DNA of 26,617 nt from Candidatus Woesearchaeota archaeon (lineage in GTDB: Archaea > Nanobdellota > Nanobdellia > Woesearchaeales > JAGGZC01). A model generated the notes under the pieces. The model saw only the letters and a list, made by a program, of their open reading frames with translations, had not been told where the DNA came from and ran no database searches. The translations under genes and the position numbers were made by a program. The stretch's first letter is position 1, and each line of letters starts with the position of its first letter. The stretch spans positions 1 to 26,617 of the forward strand of contig JAGGZC010000049.1 in assembly GCA_021162185.1 (NCBI GenBank), given 5' to 3'. Positions 7,173 through 15,849 of the stretch are shown here, piece by piece.

Positions 7173-7464
7173 ATGGCCACCTCTTTTCTGCTCCACAGTG
7201 TAAGCATTTTATTATTATTGTTTTTGCTTTTAGCCTTATCTTTGCGTTTATTCCAGGAGTGAGAAAGGCTCCACATTTTTTGCACACTCTTTGTTTTTTC
7301 TCTTTTTCTAGTCTTATATTATAATGCTTAGCTATTCTTAGAGCAATCTCTATTGCTCTATTTGCTAGTTCTTGTGATACTTTCTGAATTCTTTCAGCAA
7401 AAGAAAATAATTCTTCGATATGTCTTCTTGCAAGTCTTTTATACAGCTTCTTGTTTTTTCTCAT
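7129..7464 (-). CDS. rnp4: Ribonuclease P protein component 4 (Rpp21)
   Basis: ARRHIEELF...RVCKKCGAFLTPG...IKCLHCG, two CxxC zinc motifs. Confidence 0.92.
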   Translation of the reverse strand: MRKNKKLYKRLARRHIEELFSFAERIQKVSQELANRAIEIALRIAKHYNIRLEKEKKQRVCKKCGAFLTPGINAKIRLKAKTIIIKCLHCGAEKRWPYVKENIRKRSRSNN

Positions 7465-7513
7465 ATAAGAGATAAATAGCTCTTGCTTTAAAAATTTTTA
7501 GAAAAAAGAAGAT

Positions 7514-7726
7514 TTAACCTATAAGCTCTAGGTCTTCCTCACTTATAAGTTCATCGTTTTCATTGAGCAGGTTTTCTATTTCTTGTAGGTCTCCAGTTAT
7601 GTCTATCACATCTGATTCTTCTCTCTGGCTACTTGTGGGTTCTTGTGTCTTTATACAACTAGTCATCACTGTTGCTACTAGTATTCCTAGTAAGATGAAT
7701 GCTAATAATGCCTTTTTTGTTTTCAT
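7514..7726 (-). CDS. Small acidic lipoprotein
   Basis: Basic N-terminus, hydrophobic stretch, lipobox-like MTSC, acidic C-terminal helix; GGGGGTG RBS. Confidence 0.7.
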   Translation of the reverse strand: MKTKKALLAFILLGILVATVMTSCIKTQEPTSSQREESDVIDITGDLQEIENLLNENDELISEEDLELIG

Positions 7727-7778
7727 TTTTCTAACACCCCCTTGTTTGGTCTATTCGTTTCTCTATATTTAAATCTTT

Positions 7779-8792
7779 TTATTCCGTCTCGTTTACTGTG
7801 TTGTTGTTCTCTGTCTCATTTGTCTCCACTGTTTCATTATTCCCTTGTACTTGTGGCTTCTCTCCTTGCCATCCCTGAGCATTGCTAGGGGTGATTAGTT
7901 TTTCACCATATTCTTGTCTATACTTTCTAACTAGTTCTACTAGGTGTCTATGAGCATTTCTTATGTGGTGTGCCATATCTCTTATAGCTATTCCAAATTC
8001 CTTATGATTCCCATTTTCAAGAGCACTCCTAGCTTCTTCTAGTTTTTCTTCTGCTAGTTCTAACTCTTCATCATATTTGTCTGATAGTCCTATTAATTCT
8101 TCATTATTTGTTTCTTCTACTTTTTCCCTAATGCTATCACTAACATTCTGCATTCTTTCCAATACTAGTTCTGACTTAGCTATCACTGTTCTTTCCCTGA
8201 TCTGTAGCATTCTTTTTTGATAATTTTTCCAATTCTTATTCATTTGTTGTATTATGCTTCTTATTTCTTCAATAGTTGTAGCTTCTTCTATCTCTTGCTT
8301 CTTTTCCTCTAGATAACTGATTCTTTCTTCTATATTAGATATTGCTTGTTGTAGTCCTGTTGCATTTGGGTTCAGTGCATATCTTTCTTCTAGTATTGCC
8401 TTTGTCCTTTCTAGTATTCCTATTCTTCTGTCTAGTATTCCTATTACGAAATCCCTTGTAATGTTCACTCTTTGCTCTGGTGATAACTGTATTGCTTTTC
8501 TCCTTGCCTTTTGTAATAACTCTTTTGCTTTCATATATCTATTATAGGCCCTCACTTCTTTCTGCTTTGCTTCCATGTATCTATTTCTCAACTCTTCCAC
8601 TCTTTGTCTTAGGTTTGCCAACATTTGTGTTCTTACTTGCCCCCCTGATGTTGCTTTTACTTGTCCTTTTACAGGTTGTCCTACAGATATCGTTGGATTT
8701 ACAGGGTTTGGCTGTGGCTTTATTGCATATACGTTTCCAATGGTTGTTAATAACAGAGCCATTATTGCTATTAATGCAATTATTTTTCTCAT
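7779..8792 (-). CDS. Secreted coiled-coil protein
   Basis: GGAGGTGA RBS before ATG 8792; signal peptide MRKIIALIAIMALLLTTIGNVYA, Pro/Gln linker, long E/K/R heptad region, Asn/Thr/Glu tail. Confidence 0.8.
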   Translation of the reverse strand: MRKIIALIAIMALLLTTIGNVYAIKPQPNPVNPTISVGQPVKGQVKATSGGQVRTQMLANLRQRVEELRNRYMEAKQKEVRAYNRYMKAKELLQKARRKAIQLSPEQRVNITRDFVIGILDRRIGILERTKAILEERYALNPNATGLQQAISNIEERISYLEEKKQEIEEATTIEEIRSIIQQMNKNWKNYQKRMLQIRERTVIAKSELVLERMQNVSDSIREKVEETNNEELIGLSDKYDEELELAEEKLEEARSALENGNHKEFGIAIRDMAHHIRNAHRHLVELVRKYRQEYGEKLITPSNAQGWQGEKPQVQGNNETVETNETENNNTVNETE

Positions 8793-8923
8793 TTTTATCA
8801 CCTCCAATTTTCTTGATAATGATAAGCCCATCTTTCTTATAAATATTTTTTCAGAAATGTTTATGAATAATCAAAAAATTTGTTTTTTATTGTTTTAAAC
8901 GCTTATTTTTGTCTATTTAAAGT

Positions 8924-10822
8924 TTATATGTCAATATTTTGGGCCATTTCAGCATTTTCTTCTATGAATTTTTTCCTTGACAAAACATCTCCCCCCATCA
9001 ATGTAGAGAATATCTCGTCCGCATATGCAGCGTCTTCAATTGTAACCCTCTTCAATATCCTTGTCTCAGGGTTCATGGTTGTAGCCCATAACTCGCTGGG
9101 ATTCATCTCTCCTAATCCTTTATATCTCTGTACTATTGCCCATTCCCCAAGCTCTTCTAATGCTTTTTGTTTCTCTTCCTCTGTAAAACAATACCTCTTC
9201 TTATTGCCCTTTTTTACGAGGAATAATGGTGGTTGAGCAATATAGACATGTCCATCCTCTATTAATTGTGGCATGTATCTATAGAAAAAGGTTAATAGCA
9301 AAGTAGTTATATGTGCTCCATCCACATCTGCATCAGTCATTATTATGATTTTTCCATATCTCAATCCTTCTTTATTGTAGTCATCTCTTATTCCTGTGCC
9401 TATTGCTTTTATTATTGCAACTATTTCATCGTTTTTCAATGCCTTATTTATCCCTGCTTTCTCTATGTTTAATATCTTTCCTTTTAGTGGTAGTACTGCT
9501 TGTCTATGCCTATCCCTTGCCTGTTTTGCACTACCCCCTGCAGAGTCTCCTTCCACTATGAACAATTCTGCTTCTTCTACATTCCTTGTGCTGCAATCAG
9601 CAAGTTTTCCTGGTAGAGCACTGCTTCCTAGTAGATTCTTTCTTCTTATTATTTCTCTCGCTTTTCTAGCAGCTTCTCTAGCCTTTGCAGCCATTACTGC
9701 TTTTTCTATTATTGCTCTTGCTATTCCCGGATTTTCCTCGAATATTCTACTAAGTTCTTGTCCAACGATATTTTCCACTATTCCCTTTATCTCAGAGTTT
9801 CCAAGCCTTGTTTTTGTCTGGCCTTCGAACTGTGGTTCAGGTATTCTTAGTGATAATACAGCTGTTAAGCCCTCTCTCACATCTTCACTACTAAGCTTTA
9901 TACCTTTCAACAAGTTGTTTCTCTCCCCATACTTATTTATCACTCTTGTTAGCGCAGATCTAAACCCGCTTAGATGTGTTCCTCCTTCATGTGTGTTTAT
10001 ATTGTTTACAAATGTATGAACACTTTCATCATAACTATTTGTATACTGCATTGCTAGTTCTAGTATTACTTCTCCCTCCCCATTCTCTGCTTTTCCATTA
10101 ATGTATATTGGCTCATGTATAGCTTCCTTTGATTTGTTCAGATCTTTAACAAACCCAATTATTCCTTCCTCACTTATATACTCTTCTCTTATGTTTGCTC
10201 TTTCATCTATAAATAAGAGCTTTATACCCTTGTTTAGATATGCTAATTCTTTTAGTCTGAACCTTATAATATTTGTGTCTATCCTTGCGTTCTGGAAGAT
10301 CTCTCTGTCTGGTATGAATCTTATTACTGTCCCATGCCTATCTGTATCTCCTATGATCTTTACTGGTATTAATGGCTCTCCTCTCTCATATTTTTGATAG
10401 TAAATCTTTCCATTTCTATATACCCATACTTCTAATTTTTTGGATAATGCGTTTACAACGCTCACTCCTACTCCATGTAGTCCTCCACTAATCTTATATG
10501 CCTTTTTGTCAAACTTCCCACCAGCATGGAGTTTTGTCATTACTACTTGTAGTGCTGACACTCCTTCTGTGGGGTGTATATCTACTGGTATTCCTCTTCC
10601 ATCATCTTCTACTATGATTGATCCATCTTTTTTTATCTCTACTTTTATATTCTTAGCATAGCCTGCCATTGCTTCGTCTATGGAGTTATCAACAACTTCC
10701 CATAACAAGTGGTGTAACCCACTACTACTAGTGCTACCAATATACATTCCGGGCCTCTTTCTAACAGCTTCTAGGCCTGATAGAACTATTATATCTCCTG
10801 CTCCATATTCTTTTTCTTTCAT
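8924..10822 (-). CDS. gyrB: DNA gyrase subunit B
   Basis: GLEAVRKRPGMYIGS, EVVDNSIDE, DDGRGIP, GGLHGVG, TOPRIM EGDSAGGSAKQ, PLKGKILN, MTDADVDGAHI, QRYKGLGEMN. Confidence 0.97.
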   Translation of the reverse strand: MKEKEYGAGDIIVLSGLEAVRKRPGMYIGSTSSSGLHHLLWEVVDNSIDEAMAGYAKNIKVEIKKDGSIIVEDDGRGIPVDIHPTEGVSALQVVMTKLHAGGKFDKKAYKISGGLHGVGVSVVNALSKKLEVWVYRNGKIYYQKYERGEPLIPVKIIGDTDRHGTVIRFIPDREIFQNARIDTNIIRFRLKELAYLNKGIKLLFIDERANIREEYISEEGIIGFVKDLNKSKEAIHEPIYINGKAENGEGEVILELAMQYTNSYDESVHTFVNNINTHEGGTHLSGFRSALTRVINKYGERNNLLKGIKLSSEDVREGLTAVLSLRIPEPQFEGQTKTRLGNSEIKGIVENIVGQELSRIFEENPGIARAIIEKAVMAAKAREAARKAREIIRRKNLLGSSALPGKLADCSTRNVEEAELFIVEGDSAGGSAKQARDRHRQAVLPLKGKILNIEKAGINKALKNDEIVAIIKAIGTGIRDDYNKEGLRYGKIIIMTDADVDGAHITTLLLTFFYRYMPQLIEDGHVYIAQPPLFLVKKGNKKRYCFTEEEKQKALEELGEWAIVQRYKGLGEMNPSELWATTMNPETRILKRVTIEDAAYADEIFSTLMGGDVLSRKKFIEENAEMAQNIDI

Positions 10823-10940
10823 GGTTATAGGGGTTTCTTTTTATTTATAAATCTTCTTATGGAAAAATAGGAAATTCTTAATTTTTTAGAACAATATTTT
10901 TAAAAAATATTTGAAAAGATAATAAAAATAAGAAAATCTT

Positions 10941-11231
10941 TTATCTTTGCTCCTCGTGTTTTTCTTTCAATGCTCCTTCAATTCCCATAATTATTGTATC
11001 CTCACTTATTCCTAACATTTCTATATTATTCACCATAAAGAATTCTCTTATCCTCTCACAGACATTTCTAATAGGACCAAGAATAGCTGATTCAAGATCT
11101 TTCATAGACCCTTCTGGATAAAAAAAGAAATCACCACTTATACACACATTAGTAATCTTTTTATCCTCTATATCTAGCTCTATTTTCACAAGCTTTTCTC
11201 CTGGATTCTTTAGAATTATTTCTCTATGCAT
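10941..11231 (-). CDS. Stand-alone lipoate-protein ligase C-terminal (LplB-like) domain
   Basis: KxPGxKLVKIEL...ISGDFFFYPE pattern; 96 aa; 8-nt overlap with the upstream gene. Confidence 0.8.
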   Translation of the reverse strand: MHREIILKNPGEKLVKIELDIEDKKITNVCISGDFFFYPEGSMKDLESAILGPIRNVCERIREFFMVNNIEMLGISEDTIIMGIEGALKEKHEEQR

Positions 11232-12564
11232 TCTTCAGTCTTCTCTCTAAAACCATTGCTGCTTTTACAATGGGATCAATAGTAGTTGTGCATACTGGAT
11301 TATAAGCTGTTTCAAGCATTACGAGATCACTAAGAGATAAATCATTCCTAATAGCCATTCCTATCATATTAATCCTGGTCAACACACCACCCTTCCCTAT
11401 CACTTGTCCACCAATAATTCTTTTCTTTTTATCAACTATAAGTTTTACATGAATCGTGTCTATACCATTCTTATATTCTCTTGGAGCAATAGTCGTAGAT
11501 ATCTTCTGGGCAAGAGCATCTAGATTCATTTTTTCAGCTATCTCCTCACTTATCCCAGCACTAGCAATGAATAAGTCGCCAACCCTAGATATACCCATCC
11601 CTATTATGCCTTTAAACTCTCTCCTCTCAGCTAAGCCTAGTTTATTAGCAATATTATACGCTGCAACTATTGCTTCTCTTACAGCATTATTTGCTAGCAC
11701 ACTCCTTCTAGGTTTTTTAGTTATATGGTCTAATACTTCTACACAATCACCAGCAGCGTAGACATATTTATTACTAGTCTTCATATATTTGTCCACAATG
11801 ATACCAGTCCTTGTTTTTATTCCAGCACTTCTCGCTAGCTCAATGTTTGGTATGTCTCCAATTGAGACAATAAAGTGTTCTACCCCAGGAATTGAGATCT
11901 CATTCTCTAGGATTATTTTTCCCTCAGAGACCTCTCTAATCTTTCCATAATAAATATCTATACCCAGGCTCTTCAAGTATTGCTCAACTATTCTCGCCAT
12001 ATCTTCATCTAATATTCCTGGGAGTAAGTGTGGCATTGCTTCTATGATTACTACTTCTTTTCCAATCCTTTTAAGAGCAGCAGCCACTTCTAGCCCTATA
12101 AAACCACCACCAATTATAGCGATTTTATTCTTGTTAGCAATATTTCTTTCTATTCTCTCAATATCACCAGGATTTTTTATTGTGTCATATGATTCAACGC
12201 CCTTTATCTCTATTCTTCTAGGACTAGCACCAGTTGTAAGGATGAGATAGTCATAGTTATATTCCTGTTCTTTCCCATCCATAATTGTTTTCACAATTTT
12301 TTTCTTTGTATCAATACTGATCGCTTTCTCCCCTGCCTTTACTATTACTCCTTGACTCGTCAACATGTCTTTATTAAAAGGCCAGATCTCTTTTATATCC
12401 ATCTCTCCCTCAAGTATGTATGGTAAATCAAATTGACTATAACCTTTCTCTCTCTTTGAGTCTATAAGCACTACTTCTAGGTCTTGAGAAATCTTTCTCA
12501 GTGTTACAGCTGCCTGACAACCAGCCACTCCTGCACCAATAATTACGACTCTCAATTTACTCAC
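11224..12564 (-). CDS. FAD-dependent pyridine nucleotide-disulfide oxidoreductase (NADH oxidase / CoA-disulfide reductase family), atypical active site
   Basis: GAGVAG (FAD), ILTTGA, IIGGGFIGLEVA (NADH), TSNKYVYAAGD, C-terminal dimerisation domain. The usual redox Cys position reads Phe (YSQFDLPY). Confidence 0.88.
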   Translation of the reverse strand: MSKLRVVIIGAGVAGCQAAVTLRKISQDLEVVLIDSKREKGYSQFDLPYILEGEMDIKEIWPFNKDMLTSQGVIVKAGEKAISIDTKKKIVKTIMDGKEQEYNYDYLILTTGASPRRIEIKGVESYDTIKNPGDIERIERNIANKNKIAIIGGGFIGLEVAAALKRIGKEVVIIEAMPHLLPGILDEDMARIVEQYLKSLGIDIYYGKIREVSEGKIILENEISIPGVEHFIVSIGDIPNIELARSAGIKTRTGIIVDKYMKTSNKYVYAAGDCVEVLDHITKKPRRSVLANNAVREAIVAAYNIANKLGLAERREFKGIIGMGISRVGDLFIASAGISEEIAEKMNLDALAQKISTTIAPREYKNGIDTIHVKLIVDKKKRIIGGQVIGKGGVLTRINMIGMAIRNDLSLSDLVMLETAYNPVCTTTIDPIVKAAMVLERRLKNA

Positions 12565-12895
12565 TCAGATCTTTTAATGCTTTCTCTACTAGTTGCATAT
12601 ACATTAATGCTGGACCACCACCCATCAATACTGCTACCCATGCTGCCTCTCTGATCTCTTCAGGAGTTGCTCCTGCCTCTAGAGCATTCTTTACATGGAA
12701 GGCTATACACCACTTGCAATGAGTAATGACTGCTAGAGCAATAGAGATCAACTCCTTTGTCTTTGTGTCAAGCTTTCCAGGCTTTTCCACTGCTTCAAGG
12801 AATGCTTTAAACTTCTCCATTTGCTCTGGGCTATTATTACTCCACTCTCCGAGACTATTCATTATTTCTCCTAGAAGATCTTTCGTGTTCTCCAT
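12557..12895 (-). CDS. Carboxymuconolactone decarboxylase / AhpD-like protein with CxxC
   Basis: LDTKTKELISIALAVITHCKWCIAFHVKNALEAGATPEEIREA; GGAGGTGA RBS favours ATG 12895 (ORF opens at 12904). Confidence 0.92.
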   Translation of the reverse strand: MENTKDLLGEIMNSLGEWSNNSPEQMEKFKAFLEAVEKPGKLDTKTKELISIALAVITHCKWCIAFHVKNALEAGATPEEIREAAWVAVLMGGGPALMYMQLVEKALKDLSE

Positions 12896-12900
12896 GCCTC

Positions 12901-13275
12901 TCACCTCCTATATACTTGTTCTGCCTGCTCTGGTGTTAATAAATCTTTCGCTTCCTCTGGATTTGAGAGCTTTATCTTCACGAGCCATGTATTATATGGA
13001 TCCTTGTTTATAATCGAGGGATCATTCACTGCTTCATTATTCACATCTATTACTTCTCCATTGAACGGGCTCTTGATTGTACCAGTCCATTTCATTGCCT
13101 CTAAATGAATAAAATCTTCATCTTTCTTTACATTTCTTCCCTTCTCTGGGAGGTCAATAAAGACAAATTCCTCTACCATTCTTGCACCAGGCTCAGATAT
13201 ACCAATTGTTGCTATCTCTCCATCAATCTTTACCCATGCATAATCCTTTGTGTATAATAGATCCTTTTTTATCAT
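12901..13275 (-). CDS. gcvH: GcvH-like lipoyl-carrier protein
   Basis: YTKDYAWVK...ATIGIS...EAMKWTGTIKSPFNGEV..VN...PSIINKDPY.TWLVKI; lipoylation Lys retained. Confidence 0.88.
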   Translation of the reverse strand: MIKKDLLYTKDYAWVKIDGEIATIGISEPGARMVEEFVFIDLPEKGRNVKKDEDFIHLEAMKWTGTIKSPFNGEVIDVNNEAVNDPSIINKDPYNTWLVKIKLSNPEEAKDLLTPEQAEQVYRR

Positions 13276-13284
13276 TTTTTCACC

Positions 13285-14601
13285 TCAACCAAACATTAAT
13301 GCTTCAGGTCTAAATATTAATAATGCCCCAAGTATCAACATTAGTAGTCCGCTTATGAGTTTTAAAATCTTTCCCTCTTTAGCTGTTAATCTTCTAGCCC
13401 CAAGAGTGATGACGAATATTGCAACGATTAATGCATATGGAATCACATATATAGCATTATAAAGAGCGAGATATGCATAATATGCAAATGTTGGCAGATT
13501 TCGAAGAGTGAGGATCCTTGTATATATAGCTGGGAATCCAGCAGTACACAAGCCCTCTACTGCGTTAGCAGTTACTGCTAGTATTATTGTTCCAAGAATA
13601 GTTGCTGGTAGCTGAGTGGTCCTAACAACTCTTCTCATCTTTTCTATTAGTTTAGGCTTAGCGGATTCAGGAATAGTTAGGCTTACACCCTTCTTGAACC
13701 AGAAGAAGTCCTTTACATTGATTAATCCAGCAATAATAGCTACTGCTCCGACAAGGATGCGTAAAATGTTTACATATCCAACCAACAAGAAGAAATTGAG
13801 CCATGCAGCCATAAACAAGAAGTACATAACTCCAGATGTAATCACAAAGATGGATCCAACTATTAGCATCTTTTTCCTTGAATGAGTATATACAAGCAGG
13901 CTTAACAAGAATGTTAAAACCCACATAGCACAAGGATTAAAACCATCCAGCCCGGCAATAATAATTGTTAGTAGTGGAAGACTAATCTTGGATGTATCTA
14001 TCCTGCCAATAACTGGTATATTCATAACACTCTTGTTCTCATTGCTTTCATTGGTCTCGTTTAGAGATACTTGCTCATTCTCCTCTCTACTTTCTTCTTC
14101 CCTGCTTAAGAGCAAGTTGATTAATGGTTGATCACAACCCTCCTCGTGGCATTTAAAGATCTCATCCCTTATAACATTTGCATAGCCAATATATGCACTA
14201 TATGCTGGGCTGTATTGAAGGCTTCCATCGCTATGAGTGAAACCAACAAATACCTTGTCACCAACAAATATTGTTGGCACGCCCATTGGCTCAGTACTAT
14301 ATGCCTTGCTTACAAGCTGCCATAACTCGCGATTACTAGAATTATGATAAACCTCGTATTCATGTAGATCAATCCATTTATATCTATTGGCAAGATCCTC
14401 TAGGAATGGCTTTGCCTCAGCGCAATGTGGGCAACCATGCCCCCAAAATATCGCAACCACTACTCTTTCTTCACTAATATTATTTACAGGATTAATAGGT
14501 GTGAGTATATCTTCTTGTCCAAGCACTAAGAAAGCACTAGTAATCACTACGATTAATAATATTAAAGCCCACCCCGACTTTTTCATGATTCCCCTCTTCA
14601 T
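13285..14601 (-). CDS. Exported thioredoxin/glutaredoxin-like domain fused to a DsbD/CcdA-like transmembrane domain
   Basis: Signal/anchor, FWGHGCPHC, GVPTIFVG cis-Pro motif, then about six TMs with GLDGFNPCAMWVL and VEGLCTAGFP cysteines. Confidence 0.85.
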   Translation of the reverse strand: MKRGIMKKSGWALILLIVVITSAFLVLGQEDILTPINPVNNISEERVVVAIFWGHGCPHCAEAKPFLEDLANRYKWIDLHEYEVYHNSSNRELWQLVSKAYSTEPMGVPTIFVGDKVFVGFTHSDGSLQYSPAYSAYIGYANVIRDEIFKCHEEGCDQPLINLLLSREEESREENEQVSLNETNESNENKSVMNIPVIGRIDTSKISLPLLTIIIAGLDGFNPCAMWVLTFLLSLLVYTHSRKKMLIVGSIFVITSGVMYFLFMAAWLNFFLLVGYVNILRILVGAVAIIAGLINVKDFFWFKKGVSLTIPESAKPKLIEKMRRVVRTTQLPATILGTIILAVTANAVEGLCTAGFPAIYTRILTLRNLPTFAYYAYLALYNAIYVIPYALIVAIFVITLGARRLTAKEGKILKLISGLLMLILGALLIFRPEALMFG

Positions 14602-14716
14602 ATCTATTTTAGCTAATTGAAATGCTTTATAAATCTTTGTTTCAAAAAGTGAAACAGAGGGTTTTTCTCTTACAGAGAGACTTCCTTACTATATTAATAG
14701 GCTTACACTCAAATAG

Positions 14717-14800
14717 TTCTTTTGGACCCTTTATGGTGGTTTTAATTATGAGCCTCTCAATTCTCCTGGTCAGGAAATGATATGGATTGTTGAGAAATAG
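14717..14800 (+). pseudogene. Possible remnant of a SAM methyltransferase C-terminus
   Basis: FFWTLYGGFNYEPLNSPGQEMIWIVEK* resembles, from memory, the LYGxFDxxP...EMIWVAxK tails of class I methyltransferases; in-frame TAG upstream and no start. Confidence 0.25.
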
Positions 14801-14838
14801 GGGTAAATTTTATAAAAAATCCTTTTCAAGCACTATCT

Positions 14839-15849
14839 ATGAGGAGATCAACAGTCCTGTCAATTATTGTTGGATTATTGATAATCATCTTGCTGTTTTC
14901 CAGGGTTGGTTTCAAGGAGATTTATGAGTTATTGCTCAGGGTGAATATTCCATTGTTCTTCTTGGCTGTTCTTCTCGGATTATTATCAATGCTTGTGGCT
15001 GGCTTGAGGTGGAGTATTATCTCTAGCACTCTTGATGCTCATCTCGGCTTTTTTAATGCTGCAATGTATAGGGTTATGGGTTTTGCTGTGCTATATTCTA
15101 CTCCTACAAGTATTGTTGGAGCGGAAACTACGCGTGCATTACTAGCGTCTAGGGATAGTGGGAGATCTGTCTCTACTTGTATTCAGATATCTATTCTTGA
15201 TAGAACAATAGAAATGGTTACTGTTTTAATAATAATGGTTCTTGGCTCATTGTTTTCTCTTATCATTTTTTCTCCTGGTATTCTTGGAATGCTCTTATTA
15301 CTCTTGCTACCAATAGTTATTCTCTCATTGATATATATCACATTATTCATTATTCCAAGGAAGTCATATCATAAGAAGGGCATAATTGGAAGGCTCTTTG
15401 TTTCTCTTAAAAAGATTTATCATAACACTTATTTCTTGTTTAGGCATAGGAAGAGAATCCTGATCTATGCTTTTCTATTAACACTTCTCCAGATATTTTT
15501 CACTGTTCTCTTGTTTTCCTCTATTCTCGCAATGGTTATTGATGCTCCTCTCTTTGGACTCTTGAAGTATTCTTTCCTTGCATATCTATTTTCTGTTTTG
15601 TCATCATTAATACCTATTCCTCTAGGATTGGGTAGCCTTGAAGCTGGACAACTAGTGGCTTTCTCTATAATGGGTCTTAGTTCAAGTATAGCTATTTTTT
15701 CTGCTTTCACTTTGCGTTTAAAAGATGTCTTTATCGCAATGATTGGTGGTCTATTATTCATGATTAAGGGACTACCAAGAAGAGTTGAGAGATGGATTGA
15801 TCTAAAGAGATTAGAAGAATGGATAAATTTTAATAATTCGAAGAAATAA
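14839..15849 (+). CDS. Lysylphosphatidylglycerol-synthase TM / UPF0104 flippase-like membrane protein
   Basis: LRWSII...[13 protein letters not shown]...ILDRTIE...[12 protein letters not shown]...R pattern; about eight TMs; TATA about 25 nt upstream. Confidence 0.85.
   Translation: MRRSTVLSIIVGLLIIILLFSRVGFKEIYELLLRVNIPLFFLAVLLGLLSMLVAGLRWSIISSTLDAHLGFFNAAMYRVMGFAVLYSTPTSIVGAETTRALLASRDSGRSVSTCIQISILDRTIEMVTVLIIMVLGSLFSLIIFSPGILGMLLLLLLPIVILSLIYITLFIIPRKSYHKKGIIGRLFVSLKKIYHNTYFLFRHRKRILIYAFLLTLLQIFFTVLLFSSILAMVIDAPLFGLLKYSFLAYLFSVLSSLIPIPLGLGSLEAGQLVAFSIMGLSSSIAIFSAFTLRLKDVFIAMIGGLLFMIKGLPRRVERWIDLKRLEEWINFNNSKK

Noticed and set aside
12901-13275. Classical glycine cleavage operon
   Set aside because: No P or T protein in the window, and the flavoprotein lacks the CxxxxC motif of dihydrolipoamide dehydrogenase.
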